Assembly: GCA_963740635.1 (NCBI GenBank)
Contig: CAVUEQ010000003.1
Coordinates: forward strand, 33,350-97,349
Source: an uncultured bacterium
Lineage (GTDB): Bacteria > Patescibacteriota > Saccharimonadia > UBA4664
Reading direction: 5' to 3'
DNA: 64,000 nt
The notes beneath the pieces are model-generated. The model saw only the letters and a list, made by a program, of their open reading frames with translations. It was not told the origin of the DNA and did no database searches. Numbering within the stretch: the stretch's first letter is position 1; each line of letters opens with the position of its first letter. Positions 51,587 to 60,921 of the stretch are shown here, piece after piece. The position numbers were made by a program, and so were the translations under genes.

Positions 51587-52951
51587 ATGAAACGCGATAC
51601 CCAAGGCGGGTTCACGCTGGTAGAGGTTGTCTTCGGGGCTGTCATCATGGCCCTGATGATTACAGCCATAAGCACGTTATTCCTGGATAACCTGCGCGTG
51701 GTGACGCTGGGTAAGGCCAGGGCGATCGGACTGGCGATTGCCAACGAGAAGTTGGAGGCGCTGCGCGACCTGCCGTATGATTCGCTGGCGACCCAGGGCG
51801 GCGCGATTTACCCGCCCGGCAATATTCTCGATAACGAAACGCTAACGCGTGACAACTTCAAGTTCAGTGTCAATACCAATATCAGCTATGTGGACGACCC
51901 TTATGACGGCTATGCCAGCTGCCCCTGTGGGAGTGGGCCCGCCCAGGGCAAACCCCAGGATTTGTACCCGTACGATTACAAAAAGGCGGAGATCAACGTG
52001 AAGCTGGTGTCGAGCGGGCAGGTGGTGGCCACGCTCACCACCAATGTGGCCGGAAAGGCGGCGGAGACGTCGTCGAACACTGGGATCTTGAGCATTACGG
52101 TGCTTGATGCCAACGGGCAGCCGGTTCCGGACGCGGTCGTGACGGTGACCAATGCCAACCCCAGCCCTGCTGTTAATATTACAACTACCACCGACAGCAA
52201 CGGACTGGTGGTGATCCCGAAGCTGCCGCCGGATTCGAGCAACCGCTACCAAGTGACCGCGAGCCTGGCGGGATATTCGACCGACGGCACCATTCCCGAC
52301 CCGGCCGGGTCGCAAAACGCGGTGGAGCTCAACCCCAACGTGCTGGCGCAACAGATCACCGCGCTCACCTTGTCAATCGACCGGGTAAGTACTTTGTACG
52401 TCCACGTCGTGGATACCAGCGGCAACCCGGTGTCGGGGTTGGCGGTGACCACGTCGAGCACCAAGAAGATCAAGACCAACCCGGATGAATTCAAGTACTC
52501 GCAGGCTACTAACACCAACGCCAGCGGCAACATTACGCTGACCGGCATGGAGTGGGGGGCCTACAGCTTCGCGGTACCGGCCGGGAATTACATCGTGGCT
52601 ACCTCTCCGTATGCCCCCGTGGCACTTAACCCCAATGGCTCTGTCACGGCCAATCTGGTTGTAAGCACGTCGAGCACGTGGCCGGAGATCACCAGCCTCA
52701 CTCCCCTCACCCAGGCCACAGGCTCCAACCCGGTCTCGATCACAGTGACAGGCGTGAACTTTAGCAGCGGCCAGGTGAAGCTGCAAAAATCGGGCCAAAG
52801 CGACATCAATTGCACCGGCGGCTCCACTACCAGCACCACCATCACGTGCGACTTGAACCTCACCGGCGCGGTCACCGGGGATTGGGACGTGGTGGTGACC
52901 AAGAGCGGCAATTCGACCACGCAGACAGGAGGGTTCAGTGTCACACCGTAG
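51587..52951 (+). CDS. Large pilin-like protein with adhesin-type Ig-like domains
   Basis: Start set at MKRDTQGGFTLVEVVFGAVIMAL, a prepilin-type N-terminus. It has a CarboxypepD_reg-like segment (VLDANGQPVPDAVVTVTNAN...DSNGLVVIPKLPP) and a C-terminal IPT/TIG-like segment. Confidence 0.7.
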   Translation: MKRDTQGGFTLVEVVFGAVIMALMITAISTLFLDNLRVVTLGKARAIGLAIANEKLEALRDLPYDSLATQGGAIYPPGNILDNETLTRDNFKFSVNTNISYVDDPYDGYASCPCGSGPAQGKPQDLYPYDYKKAEINVKLVSSGQVVATLTTNVAGKAAETSSNTGILSITVLDANGQPVPDAVVTVTNANPSPAVNITTTTDSNGLVVIPKLPPDSSNRYQVTASLAGYSTDGTIPDPAGSQNAVELNPNVLAQQITALTLSIDRVSTLYVHVVDTSGNPVSGLAVTTSSTKKIKTNPDEFKYSQATNTNASGNITLTGMEWGAYSFAVPAGNYIVATSPYAPVALNPNGSVTANLVVSTSSTWPEITSLTPLTQATGSNPVSITVTGVNFSSGQVKLQKSGQSDINCTGGSTTSTTITCDLNLTGAVTGDWDVVVTKSGNSTTQTGGFSVTP

Positions 52952-53540
52952 TGCCTTGGCCCGGAGCGGCCAGCGCGGATACAGCCTGGTGGAGCTCCTG
53001 ATTGCCATCACGCTGACGACGATGCTGGCGATTCCGCTGGTGGTGTTCTCTTACAAGGGGCTGACGTCCTATGAATTCCTGCAGGCTCAATCCAACACGT
53101 CGCTGGAGTTGTCCACGCTGTCGCAACGCATCGGCAAAGTGGTGCGCGGGACCACGGGCATCATCAGCGCCGGCGCGAATACGCTTACGATTTACGGCTA
53201 CTTTTCGCCTCAGGATACGGTCGTGAAGAAGATCCGGTATTTTGTATCGGGAACGAACCTCAACATCGGCGTGACTCCCCCGACAGGCACGGCCCCAAAT
53301 TACACCTACAATGCTGCCGACGAGGTGGTGACGACCACGCGCGTGGACCTGGCGATGGGCGCGAATTCGATGTTCACCTACTACGACGACCAGGGCAACG
53401 TGCTGCCGAACGGCTTCGCGGTGGGCCAGGTGAAAGCGATCGGGATATATGTGGCGGCCAATCCGCGGGTGAAGCAGCTGAGCGTGCCGATCGCGGTGAG
53501 CACCAGGGTAACATTGCGTAATTTTAAGACGAACCTATGA
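52938..53540 (+). CDS. Minor pilin (PilW-like) with a prepilin-type N-terminus
   Basis: RGYSLVELLIAITLTTMLA. It overlaps its neighbours by 14 and 4 nt. Confidence 0.7.
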   Translation: MSHRSALARSGQRGYSLVELLIAITLTTMLAIPLVVFSYKGLTSYEFLQAQSNTSLELSTLSQRIGKVVRGTTGIISAGANTLTIYGYFSPQDTVVKKIRYFVSGTNLNIGVTPPTGTAPNYTYNAADEVVTTTRVDLAMGANSMFTYYDDQGNVLPNGFAVGQVKAIGIYVAANPRVKQLSVPIAVSTRVTLRNFKTNL

Positions 53541-54895
53541 AAACGAACGGGCAAAAAAGCGGATTCATCATGCTAACGGTTTTGATAATGGCGTTTATTT
53601 TGTCGGCCCTGGGCATGACCGGCGCCCAACTGCTGGTGTCGAACGCCCGCTACAACCAATACGAGGTACGCAGCGCGACGGCCCTGAACGTGGCCGAGGC
53701 GGGGATTAATTATTACCTGTGGCATATGTCACACAACTCAACCGACTATAAGGACGGGGGCACTACGCCGAGTACGCCGCCCTACGGCCCGTACGTCCAT
53801 AATTACTACGATTCAAGCAATAAATTGCTGGGGACGTACACGATTTACGTGACGCCGCCGGCCGGCGGGTCGACGATCACGACCGTGAAGTCGATTGGGC
53901 AGGTGCCAAATTTTTCGGGCACCCGGACGATTCTGGCCCAGCTGGGGCAGCCGTCGTTTGCCAATTACGCCCTACTGACTGGCACGGAGGTGTGGTTTGG
54001 GCCGGGCGAGGACTCAAACGGCCCGGTACACTCCAACGTGGGCGTACACATGGACGGCACCAATAACGGCACCGTGACGTCGGCCAACGCCACCTACAAG
54101 CCCACGCCGTCCTTCGGCGGCGACGGCGCCACGCACAACGGCGTGTGGGGCAACGGCGGGCCGACCAGCCAGTGGCAGTTCCCGGTGCCGCTCATCGACT
54201 TCTCGAAGGTGACGGCGGACTACAGCACATGCATCGCCTCGGCCCAGGCGCAGGGAATTTACCTGGCCAAAACCAACAAGCAGGGCTACTACCTCAAGCT
54301 TCGATCCGACGGCACGATCGACGAGTATATCGTGAAGAACGAGACCTCGAGCGGGTTTTCGACCACCACCGGCTCCCCCATCGCCAACTTGGCGCCACCG
54401 ACCAATGGGATATTGTACGTGGAGGACAACGTGTGGGTGGAGGGCACGAATTTTCCCGGCAAGATCAATATCTTAAGCGGCCGACTGCCCGACAACCCCG
54501 CGACCAACACCAGCATCACGATCGTGGGCAACCTCACCTACGCGGCCAAGGACGGTTCGGCGGTGGTGGGATTGATTGCGCAAAAAAACGTCCAGATTGC
54601 CAAGTACTCGCCTAACACCCTGGAGATCGACGCGGCCATGCTGGCGCAGAAGGGGCACGTGTGGTTTCCCGGCAGCGGCCCGGCCAAAACCGGCTCGCTG
54701 ACGTTTTATGGCTCAATCGACACCTTTGATTATTGGACCTGGAGCTGGATAAACGGGGGCGGGTCGCTGATTGCCGGATACGGCACCAACACCAACACGT
54801 TTGATGACCACCTCACCTACGGGCCGCCGCCGTGCTACCCCACGACCGGGACCTATGCCGTTTTGAACTGGCGGGAGCAGTTATTTAACCCGTGA
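53537..54895 (+). CDS. PilX-like minor pilin / pilus-associated protein
   Basis: 452 aa. SGFIMLTVLIMAFILSALGMTGAQLLVSNARYNQYEVRSATALNVAEAGINYYL resembles the PilX N-terminal domain. Confidence 0.6.
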   Translation: MKTNGQKSGFIMLTVLIMAFILSALGMTGAQLLVSNARYNQYEVRSATALNVAEAGINYYLWHMSHNSTDYKDGGTTPSTPPYGPYVHNYYDSSNKLLGTYTIYVTPPAGGSTITTVKSIGQVPNFSGTRTILAQLGQPSFANYALLTGTEVWFGPGEDSNGPVHSNVGVHMDGTNNGTVTSANATYKPTPSFGGDGATHNGVWGNGGPTSQWQFPVPLIDFSKVTADYSTCIASAQAQGIYLAKTNKQGYYLKLRSDGTIDEYIVKNETSSGFSTTTGSPIANLAPPTNGILYVEDNVWVEGTNFPGKINILSGRLPDNPATNTSITIVGNLTYAAKDGSAVVGLIAQKNVQIAKYSPNTLEIDAAMLAQKGHVWFPGSGPAKTGSLTFYGSIDTFDYWTWSWINGGGSLIAGYGTNTNTFDDHLTYGPPPCYPTTGTYAVLNWREQLFNP

Positions 54896-54905
54896 GCAGC
54901 TAAGC

Positions 54906-55970
54906 ATGAGCCGCATATTGATTAGCTACCGGCTGCGGAGTTTGCGTGCATGGGTGCGCACGATTGTGGTGCGGTCGTTCAGCATTGCCGGGACGGTGGC
55001 GCTAGTGGGCTTGCTGCTGCTATTGCCGGTGGCGCTGCTGACGGCGCTGGTGGCCGACCAGCAAACCAAGATTGCCGGCGAGCTGCCTTACACGACGGTG
55101 AGCGGCGACAATCCGGACAACCGGGTGCTGGCCATAACGGTGAAGGGCGAGATCGACGGCGAGCCGGCCGATCCGGCCAACCCCGTGCCGGGCGTGGCGT
55201 ACGGTTATGATATCGCGGCTCAGCTGGCCAAGGCCGCCAAGGACGACAGCGTGAAGGCGGTGGTGCTGGTGGTGGACTCCCCCGGCGGCACGATTTACGG
55301 CGCGCGGGCGATCGCCGAGGCGGTGGACAAATACCGTGCCGACACTAAGCGGCCGATCATCACCCAGGTGGCCGGCGCGGCCGACTCCGGGGCCTACTGG
55401 GTGGCGGCCAGCACGGATGCGATCTGGTCGGATTACGGCACGGACATTGGCAGCATCGGGGTGATCTCGGGGCCGTTCCATTATTACGACAAGGTCACGA
55501 GCGTGAACGACCCGGTGGACGGCCAGGTCACGGCGGGTACGATTAGCTCGTACAACATCACGGCCGGGGCAGGCAAGGACGAGGGCGACCCGTACCGGCA
55601 ATTGACGCCGGCCGAACGCGCGAACGTGCAGAAGGGCGTGGACAACGACTATGCCGCGTTCGTGAATTTTGTAGCCGGGCGGCGCAAGCTGGCCGCGCCG
55701 GTGATCCGCACCCAGATTGGCGCGTACTCCTACGATCCGGTGACGGCGCTGGGGCTGAAGCTGATCGACAATATTGCCGGCCGCAATGCTACCTTTGACG
55801 AGGCGGCGCGAAGGGCGGGGCTAAAGCTGGACGACTACGAGGTCGTAACCGTGCCGCCGTCCGGATCGGCCACGCCCACGCCGGGCGCCGGTACCAGCAT
55901 CGGACCGGGGGCAGCGGCCTGCCGCGCCTTGCGGTTGGCTATTAAGCCCGGCCTGATCTGCTCAAAATAG
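54906..55970 (+). CDS. S49 family (SppA-like, ClpP fold) serine peptidase with an N-terminal TM segment
   Basis: 354 aa with VVLVVDSPGGTIYGA...AGAADSGAYWVAASTDAIW motifs. It is embedded in the pilus operon. Confidence 0.75.
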   Translation: MSRILISYRLRSLRAWVRTIVVRSFSIAGTVALVGLLLLLPVALLTALVADQQTKIAGELPYTTVSGDNPDNRVLAITVKGEIDGEPADPANPVPGVAYGYDIAAQLAKAAKDDSVKAVVLVVDSPGGTIYGARAIAEAVDKYRADTKRPIITQVAGAADSGAYWVAASTDAIWSDYGTDIGSIGVISGPFHYYDKVTSVNDPVDGQVTAGTISSYNITAGAGKDEGDPYRQLTPAERANVQKGVDNDYAAFVNFVAGRRKLAAPVIRTQIGAYSYDPVTALGLKLIDNIAGRNATFDEAARRAGLKLDDYEVVTVPPSGSATPTPGAGTSIGPGAAACRALRLAIKPGLICSK

Positions 55971-56024
55971 GCTCAGAGGTGATACAATGCTCATAATGGC
56001 TATGGTTATACGAGGTGGGATGTA

Positions 56025-57077
56025 ATGCGGGTACCATTGGTTTACCGCGACCAGCCAATTTTCGGGTTTGACCTGGGGACGCGCACGGCCAAACTTATCC
56101 AGCTGCGGCCGAGCGGTAAAACCATGCAGGTGGCGGGCTACGGCTACGCAATGTTCCCAGATGACGCCATCACTGAGGGCATAATTGTGGACCCGCAGGA
56201 GATTGTGAAATCAATAAAGCCGCTGCTAGCCAAAATGCCTTACGGCCAGGTGACGGCCCGCAAAGTGGCGGCGAGCCTGCCGGTGGCGAAAGTGTTTACC
56301 CGCGTGCTCGAGCTGCCGCCCATGAACCCCACCGACCTGGCGCAGGCGGTGCGGCTGGAGGCCGAGCAATATATTCCGGTGCCGTTGCCCGACCTGTATA
56401 TCGATTTTGAGACGATTGAAACCGGCGCTGAGCGCAATGAGGTGCTGATGGTGGCGGCGCCGCGGGCGATCGTGGACAGCTACCTGAAGCTGTTTGACCT
56501 GCTGGGCCTCGAGGTGGCGCTGATTGAATCGAGCATGGCGGCCACAACGCGGGCGGTGATGGCCTCCACGCAGCTCAACAAGCCGACACTGGTGGCGGAT
56601 ATCGGCTCCACGTCGATCGACATCACCGTCCACGACAAGGTGATCCGCCTCACCGATACCATCCCGCTGGGCGGCGATAGCCTGACGGCGCAGCTCGTGA
56701 AAGACCTGGGGATCGGCCGGGAGCAGGCCAACGAGATCAAGTTTAAGTTTGGATTGGGGCCGTCGGGCCTGCAGCCCAAGGTGATGGCTAGCCTGGGCGC
56801 GCCCTTGAAGAAGATGTGCGACGAGATGCACCGGGTGGTCAAGTTTTACCAGGACCGCGGCGCGCAGAAGCGCAAGATTGAGGCCATCATCGTGGGCGGC
56901 GGCAGCGCCAGTATGCCGGGATTCCTGGAGTACATGGCGGCGGAAATCAACATCCCGGTGGTGGTGGCCGACCCATGGGCGGGCCTGGAGATGAAGCGTT
57001 TGCCGGCCGTGTCCAAATACGACGCGCCGATGTACACCACCTCGATCGGGTTGGCACGGCTGGAGGGCAAGCTGTGA
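56025..57077 (+). CDS. pilM: Type IV pilus assembly protein PilM
   Basis: 350 aa with an actin-like ATPase fold (FGFDLGTRTAKLIQL...IVGGGSASMPG). Confidence 0.85.
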   Translation: MRVPLVYRDQPIFGFDLGTRTAKLIQLRPSGKTMQVAGYGYAMFPDDAITEGIIVDPQEIVKSIKPLLAKMPYGQVTARKVAASLPVAKVFTRVLELPPMNPTDLAQAVRLEAEQYIPVPLPDLYIDFETIETGAERNEVLMVAAPRAIVDSYLKLFDLLGLEVALIESSMAATTRAVMASTQLNKPTLVADIGSTSIDITVHDKVIRLTDTIPLGGDSLTAQLVKDLGIGREQANEIKFKFGLGPSGLQPKVMASLGAPLKKMCDEMHRVVKFYQDRGAQKRKIEAIIVGGGSASMPGFLEYMAAEINIPVVVADPWAGLEMKRLPAVSKYDAPMYTTSIGLARLEGKL

Positions 57078-57619
57078 TTAACTTGCTGCCGCCGGACCAA
57101 AAAGAACAGGTCCGCTACGCCAAGCTCAACCGGTTGGCGCTAGTGTACGTGCGAACGACAGTGGCGGTGGTGTTGGTGCTGGGCGCTATTTTCGGTTACG
57201 CCCTGGTGCAGCTGAAGAAACAGACGGACGATGTGACGGCCAAGGTGACCGCCGAAAAGGGCACAATCGCGTCGCTCAACAAGACCTTTACGCCCAAGGC
57301 CAAAGACGCCAACGACCGGCTGACGGCTATAAAGTACGTGCTGGCCACGCAAACGCGGTTCTCGGGCGTGGTGGCCGATATCGCCAAGGTGGTGCCGCAG
57401 GGCGTGTCGATCGACGCCATGACGCTCACAGGCGACGACAAGGCGCCGGTGCGCATCAATGTGACGGCCCAGAGCTATGCGGCGGCGCTGGCCTTTCGCA
57501 ACGCCCTCATCACCAGCCCGCGCATCGCCGGCGCCGACCTCGAGACCATCGCCTCGAGCAACGGCACCACCTACCAGACCAGTGTGGTGATCGCATTTAA
57601 GCCGGGGCAGGCCAAATGA
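57074..57619 (+). CDS. pilN: PilN-like pilus assembly protein
   Basis: GTG start overlapping the pilM stop. VINLLPPDQKEQVRYAKLNR is followed by a TM segment. Confidence 0.7.
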   Translation: MINLLPPDQKEQVRYAKLNRLALVYVRTTVAVVLVLGAIFGYALVQLKKQTDDVTAKVTAEKGTIASLNKTFTPKAKDANDRLTAIKYVLATQTRFSGVVADIAKVVPQGVSIDAMTLTGDDKAPVRINVTAQSYAAALAFRNALITSPRIAGADLETIASSNGTTYQTSVVIAFKPGQAK

Positions 57620-58170
57620 AACCCAAGCAATTCTTCCTGGTGTTGCTGGGGATTTTCGCGGGCATTGTGCTGCTGGCGGGCGGCGGCTATTATTACGCTC
57701 TCAAGCAGCTGAAAGCCAATGCGGTTGAGCTGTCCGACGGGCTGGCCCAGCAGGCCCAAGCCGACAGCGAGTATGATTCGCTGGGCAAGCTGAAGTACCA
57801 ATATGACCACAATATTGTGCCGATTTTGCCACTGCTCGACGCTGCCCTGCCGCGCGAAAAGAAGCAGACCGAGATTTTGGCGCAGCTGCAAACGATAGCC
57901 TCGAATGTCGGACTCCAGATCACGAGCGTGAGTATGCCGAGCCCGTTGGGGCTGCCGACCGAGGTGTCGCAGACCGTGAAATCCGGCACGGTGCTGGCGC
58001 TGCCGATCAGTTTCCAGCTATCCGGCAGCTACGACCAGCTCCAGCAATTCACCGCGCGCGTGGAGCGCCTCAACCGTTTTACCAACGTCACCAACCTGGC
58101 CATCAGCCGCCCCGACAAAACTAAGCCCATTGTTTATTCCATAGCACTTAACGCCTACATAAAGCCATGA
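57616..58170 (+). CDS. pilO: PilO-like pilus assembly protein
   Basis: 184 aa with an N-terminal TM segment, a coiled coil and a ferredoxin-like C-terminus. Its position after pilN supports the call. Confidence 0.6.
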   Translation: MKPKQFFLVLLGIFAGIVLLAGGGYYYALKQLKANAVELSDGLAQQAQADSEYDSLGKLKYQYDHNIVPILPLLDAALPREKKQTEILAQLQTIASNVGLQITSVSMPSPLGLPTEVSQTVKSGTVLALPISFQLSGSYDQLQQFTARVERLNRFTNVTNLAISRPDKTKPIVYSIALNAYIKP

Positions 58171-58452
58171 ATTTGAATCTAAAACTCGACGGGGATTACA
58201 AGAAATACTTGCCCTTGCTGCGGCAGGCCCAGCCTTACATCTTCGGGCTGGTGTTGATCGGGGTGTTTGGGTACACGTTGGTGCAGGTGAATGCGGCGCT
58301 GAACGTGAAGGCGGCGCAAACGACGGCGGCGGCCACCACGGCCTCGAAGATTAAATTCGACAAGAGCACGATCGACGCGGTGAAGAAGCCTCGACGTGGT
58401 GACCGGCGACGTGCCCACCGGCGACCTCGGCAAGGGCGACCCGTTTAATTAG
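58167..58452 (+). pseudogene. Last gene of the pilus operon (small TM protein) with an apparent +1 frameshift near its 3' end
   Basis: Track frame ends KKPRRGDRRRAHRRPRQGRPV, with GC3-poor codons. Removing one C at 58389/58390 gives KKLDVVTGDVPTGDLGKGDPFN-stop (58450-52), with GC3-rich codons. Confidence 0.55.
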
Positions 58453-58670
58453 GTTCGGATTCGGGTGCCGGCGGTTTCTTGGGCGGCTTTTTCGGCGGGT
58501 TGGCCTCGGCCCATTCGAGCGGGTGGTGGCGCCAGCGGCCGGGCTTGATCGGGCGCTTGGCCCGTGGCCCTGGTTTCGAGCTCGGTTAGCAGCGCGGCCA
58601 TTTCGGCTTTGATGGCTTCGGCGCGGGCGAGGTTTTGGGCCAGTCCGGATTGTGGCTGGGGGTCGTTCAT
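58445..58670 (-). pseudogene. Small hypothetical gene with an apparent frameshift
   Basis: The 5' part MNDPQPQSGLAQNLARAEAIKAEMAALLTELETRAT is GC3-rich in the track frame. After the CCC run at 58561-63, the GC3-rich frame switches and reads AKRPIKPGRWRHHPLEWAEANPPKKPPKKPPAPESEPN-stop. Confidence 0.35.
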
Positions 58671-58671
58671 A

Positions 58672-58962
58672 TTAACTCTTCTGATCCGGCGGCAACTCTG
58701 AAGCTACCACAACCACGCCCTCCGCATACCACATCGTGTCGTCCCAGATCGATAGGAGGGTTCGCTTTTGTCCATACTTATAGTCAATTACTGCATTACC
58801 GCCTTTGCGCCTAGCTTTTTCGGCAAGTTTCATTTTTAGTTCGGCTAGGTTTGAGTTCATTCTCTTACTTTCCACACGCTCCCGGCCGAGCGTCTGGCGA
58901 ACCCTTATTTCGCCTCCCTCGGTAAAGTATATTCCGCCTGAATAATTGCCATGGTTTGACAT
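58672..58962 (-). CDS. Hypothetical protein
   Basis: 96-aa ORF in a visibly lower-GC region. Confidence 0.5.
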   Translation of the reverse strand: MSNHGNYSGGIYFTEGGEIRVRQTLGRERVESKRMNSNLAELKMKLAEKARRKGGNAVIDYKYGQKRTLLSIWDDTMWYAEGVVVVASELPPDQKS

Positions 58963-59150
58963 TATCCGCGCTCAAGAATCATTATCATCTCTTCTCGCTT
59001 TCCTCCAAATCCAGGGAATTCCGCAGTTGTGGCCGCCTTAAGTTCCCACCCTTCTTGCGCATACGCGTTAAGAGCTGCCTCGACTTTCTGCGGGTCAAAC
59101 TTATTCCCAAAAAATCGATCCTTTTGTGTCAGCACTTTATATTGCTTCAT
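58962..59150 (-). CDS. DUF4177-like small protein
   Basis: Start set at MKQYKVLTQKDRFFGNKFDPQKVEAALNAYAQEGWEL with AGGAAC upstream. Confidence 0.55.
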   Translation of the reverse strand: MKQYKVLTQKDRFFGNKFDPQKVEAALNAYAQEGWELKAATTAEFPGFGGKREEMIMILERG

Positions 59151-59269
59151 TTGAGAGTTCCTGATTATACGCGCGAGTGTAGCAGGTTTTTGCGAATTTT
59201 TCGCAAAAAGTGGCGACACGCGTGAGAGATGCGCGCATTGACATCCGGCTTAGGAGAGACCGCTTTCGC

Positions 59270-60295
59270 TCACGCGCCCGCACCTGCCGGCGGGGTGAGG
59301 CCGAGGTGGGAATAGGCTTTGGGGGTGGCGCGGCGGCCGCGGGAGGTGCGCTCGAGCAGGCCGATTTGCATGAGGTAGGGCTCGTAGACGTCCTCGATGG
59401 TGGCGGTTTCTTCGGAGGTGAGGGCGGCCAGGGTGGTGAGGCCGACGGGACCGCCGGCGTAATTGATGATGATGGCGGACAGGAGCTGGCGGTCGGCGGT
59501 GTCGAGGCCGAGGTCGTCGATTTCGAGGAGATGAAGGGCCGCGCGGGCGTCGCGGCGGGTGATGGTGTCCACGTGTTTGACCTGCGCGTAGTCGCGCACG
59601 CGCTTGAGCAGGCGGTTGGCGATGCGGGGGGTGAGGCGGGCGCGGGTGGCGATTTCTTCGGCTGCCTCGCGGTCGAGGGTGACGCCCAGGATGCCGGCCG
59701 CGCGCTCGATGATTTCGATCATTTCGGCGGGCGCATAAAATTCCAGCCGGTGGACGTGGCCGAAACGGTCGCGCAGGGGGGCGGAAGGGCCCCGGCGCGG
59801 GTGGTGGCGCCAATGATGGTGAAGCGCGGCAGGTCGAGGCGGATGGATTTGGCCGACGGGCCTTTGCCGAGCATGACGTCGAGGCCGAAATCTTCCATGG
59901 CCGGGTACATTATTTCCTCGACGGTTTTGGGCAGGCGGTGGATTTCGTCGATGAACAGCACGTCGCCGTCTTGGAGGTTGGTGAGGATGCTGGCGAGGTC
60001 GCCCGCGCGCTCGATGGCCGGGCCGGAAGTCACGCGCAGGCCGCTACCGAGCTCGGCCGCGATGACATGGGCCATGGTGGTTTTGCCGAGGCCGGGCGGG
60101 CCGTAGAGCAGAACGTGCTCGACCGGCTCGCCGCGGTGTTTGGCGGCCTCGATGGCCAGTCTGGAGGTTCTGCTTGAGCAGCCGCTGGCCGACGTAGGAT
60201 CCGAAGGAACGGGGTCGCAGGGTCTCGAAGGCCCGCTCCTCGGCCTCGGCTGCGGGGGTTTCGGGGATTTCCGGATTAACGATGCGCTCGATCAT
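59270..60295 (-). pseudogene. ruvB: Holliday junction helicase RuvB, interrupted by two compensating single-nucleotide frameshifts
   Basis: It is split over three track ORFs. 60295-60044 reads MIERIV...[20 protein letters not shown]. 60075-59719 reads (GPPGLGKTT)[10 protein letters not shown]...LFIDEIHRL...[11 protein letters not shown]. 59722-59270 reads [13 protein letters not shown]... The indels are at about 60154-57 and 59785-86. Confidence 0.85.
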
Positions 60296-60371
60296 AGCAC
60301 CATTGTATCAGTCTGCAAGTTGACAGCCTCGGAGGGTTGGCTTAATAAAAGATAAGCTGCCGGAACCGCCG

Positions 60372-60740
60372 GTGGCAAGACACTCGGAAAGGGTGATAGA
60401 GATGGGTGTCAATGGTCAACGTACCGTCTGGACGATCGCGATGGCGGCCCAGGAACCCGTGAGAGCACGCGAGCGGCTCACGGCCCTGACCTGTTTCACT
60501 TGGACGTTGTTCAGGGAGAGCCAGGGCCACACCCCGCGTCGTCGCTTCGAGGCCATGATCCGCAGGCACCAAGCCACCAACGGGTGCTCGAACTGCGCTC
60601 ATGATCCCAGCACCTCCATCAGCCACTACATCGCCGACAAACTGGCGGTGCGGGGGCTGGTGCCGGCAGTTGGCGCGGCTGCGTGGTACTCACTGGCTTT
60701 CGTGCTGGTGGGTCACCACAAGACGGTTTCGACCCGGTAG
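60372..60740 (+). CDS. Hypothetical protein
   Basis: 122-aa ORF followed by a 9-bp stem hairpin (60759-60797) and a T-run. Confidence 0.45.
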   Translation: MARHSERVIEMGVNGQRTVWTIAMAAQEPVRARERLTALTCFTWTLFRESQGHTPRRRFEAMIRRHQATNGCSNCAHDPSTSISHYIADKLAVRGLVPAVGAAAWYSLAFVLVGHHKTVSTR

Positions 60741-60758
60741 TCTCCCTGGGGTCGTTTG

Positions 60759-60807
60759 GCGCCGGGCGGGGTGGTTGAACGACCTCCTGCCCGGCGCTCC
60801 AGCTTTT
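60759..60807 (+). terminator. Hairpin plus T-run
   Basis: GCGCCGGGC, a 21-nt loop, then GCCCGGCGC, and then TCCAGCTTTT. Confidence 0.4.
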
Positions 60808-60921
60808 GACTCATCATGGAGTTACTGTCCCAGATGGAGTACTATAGGCCGCATCAATGCTCGCTAGCAACGCGGAGCTTGACAACCTATGGCTCGTCCA
60901 ACCCGACGAAAGGAGAGGGCC

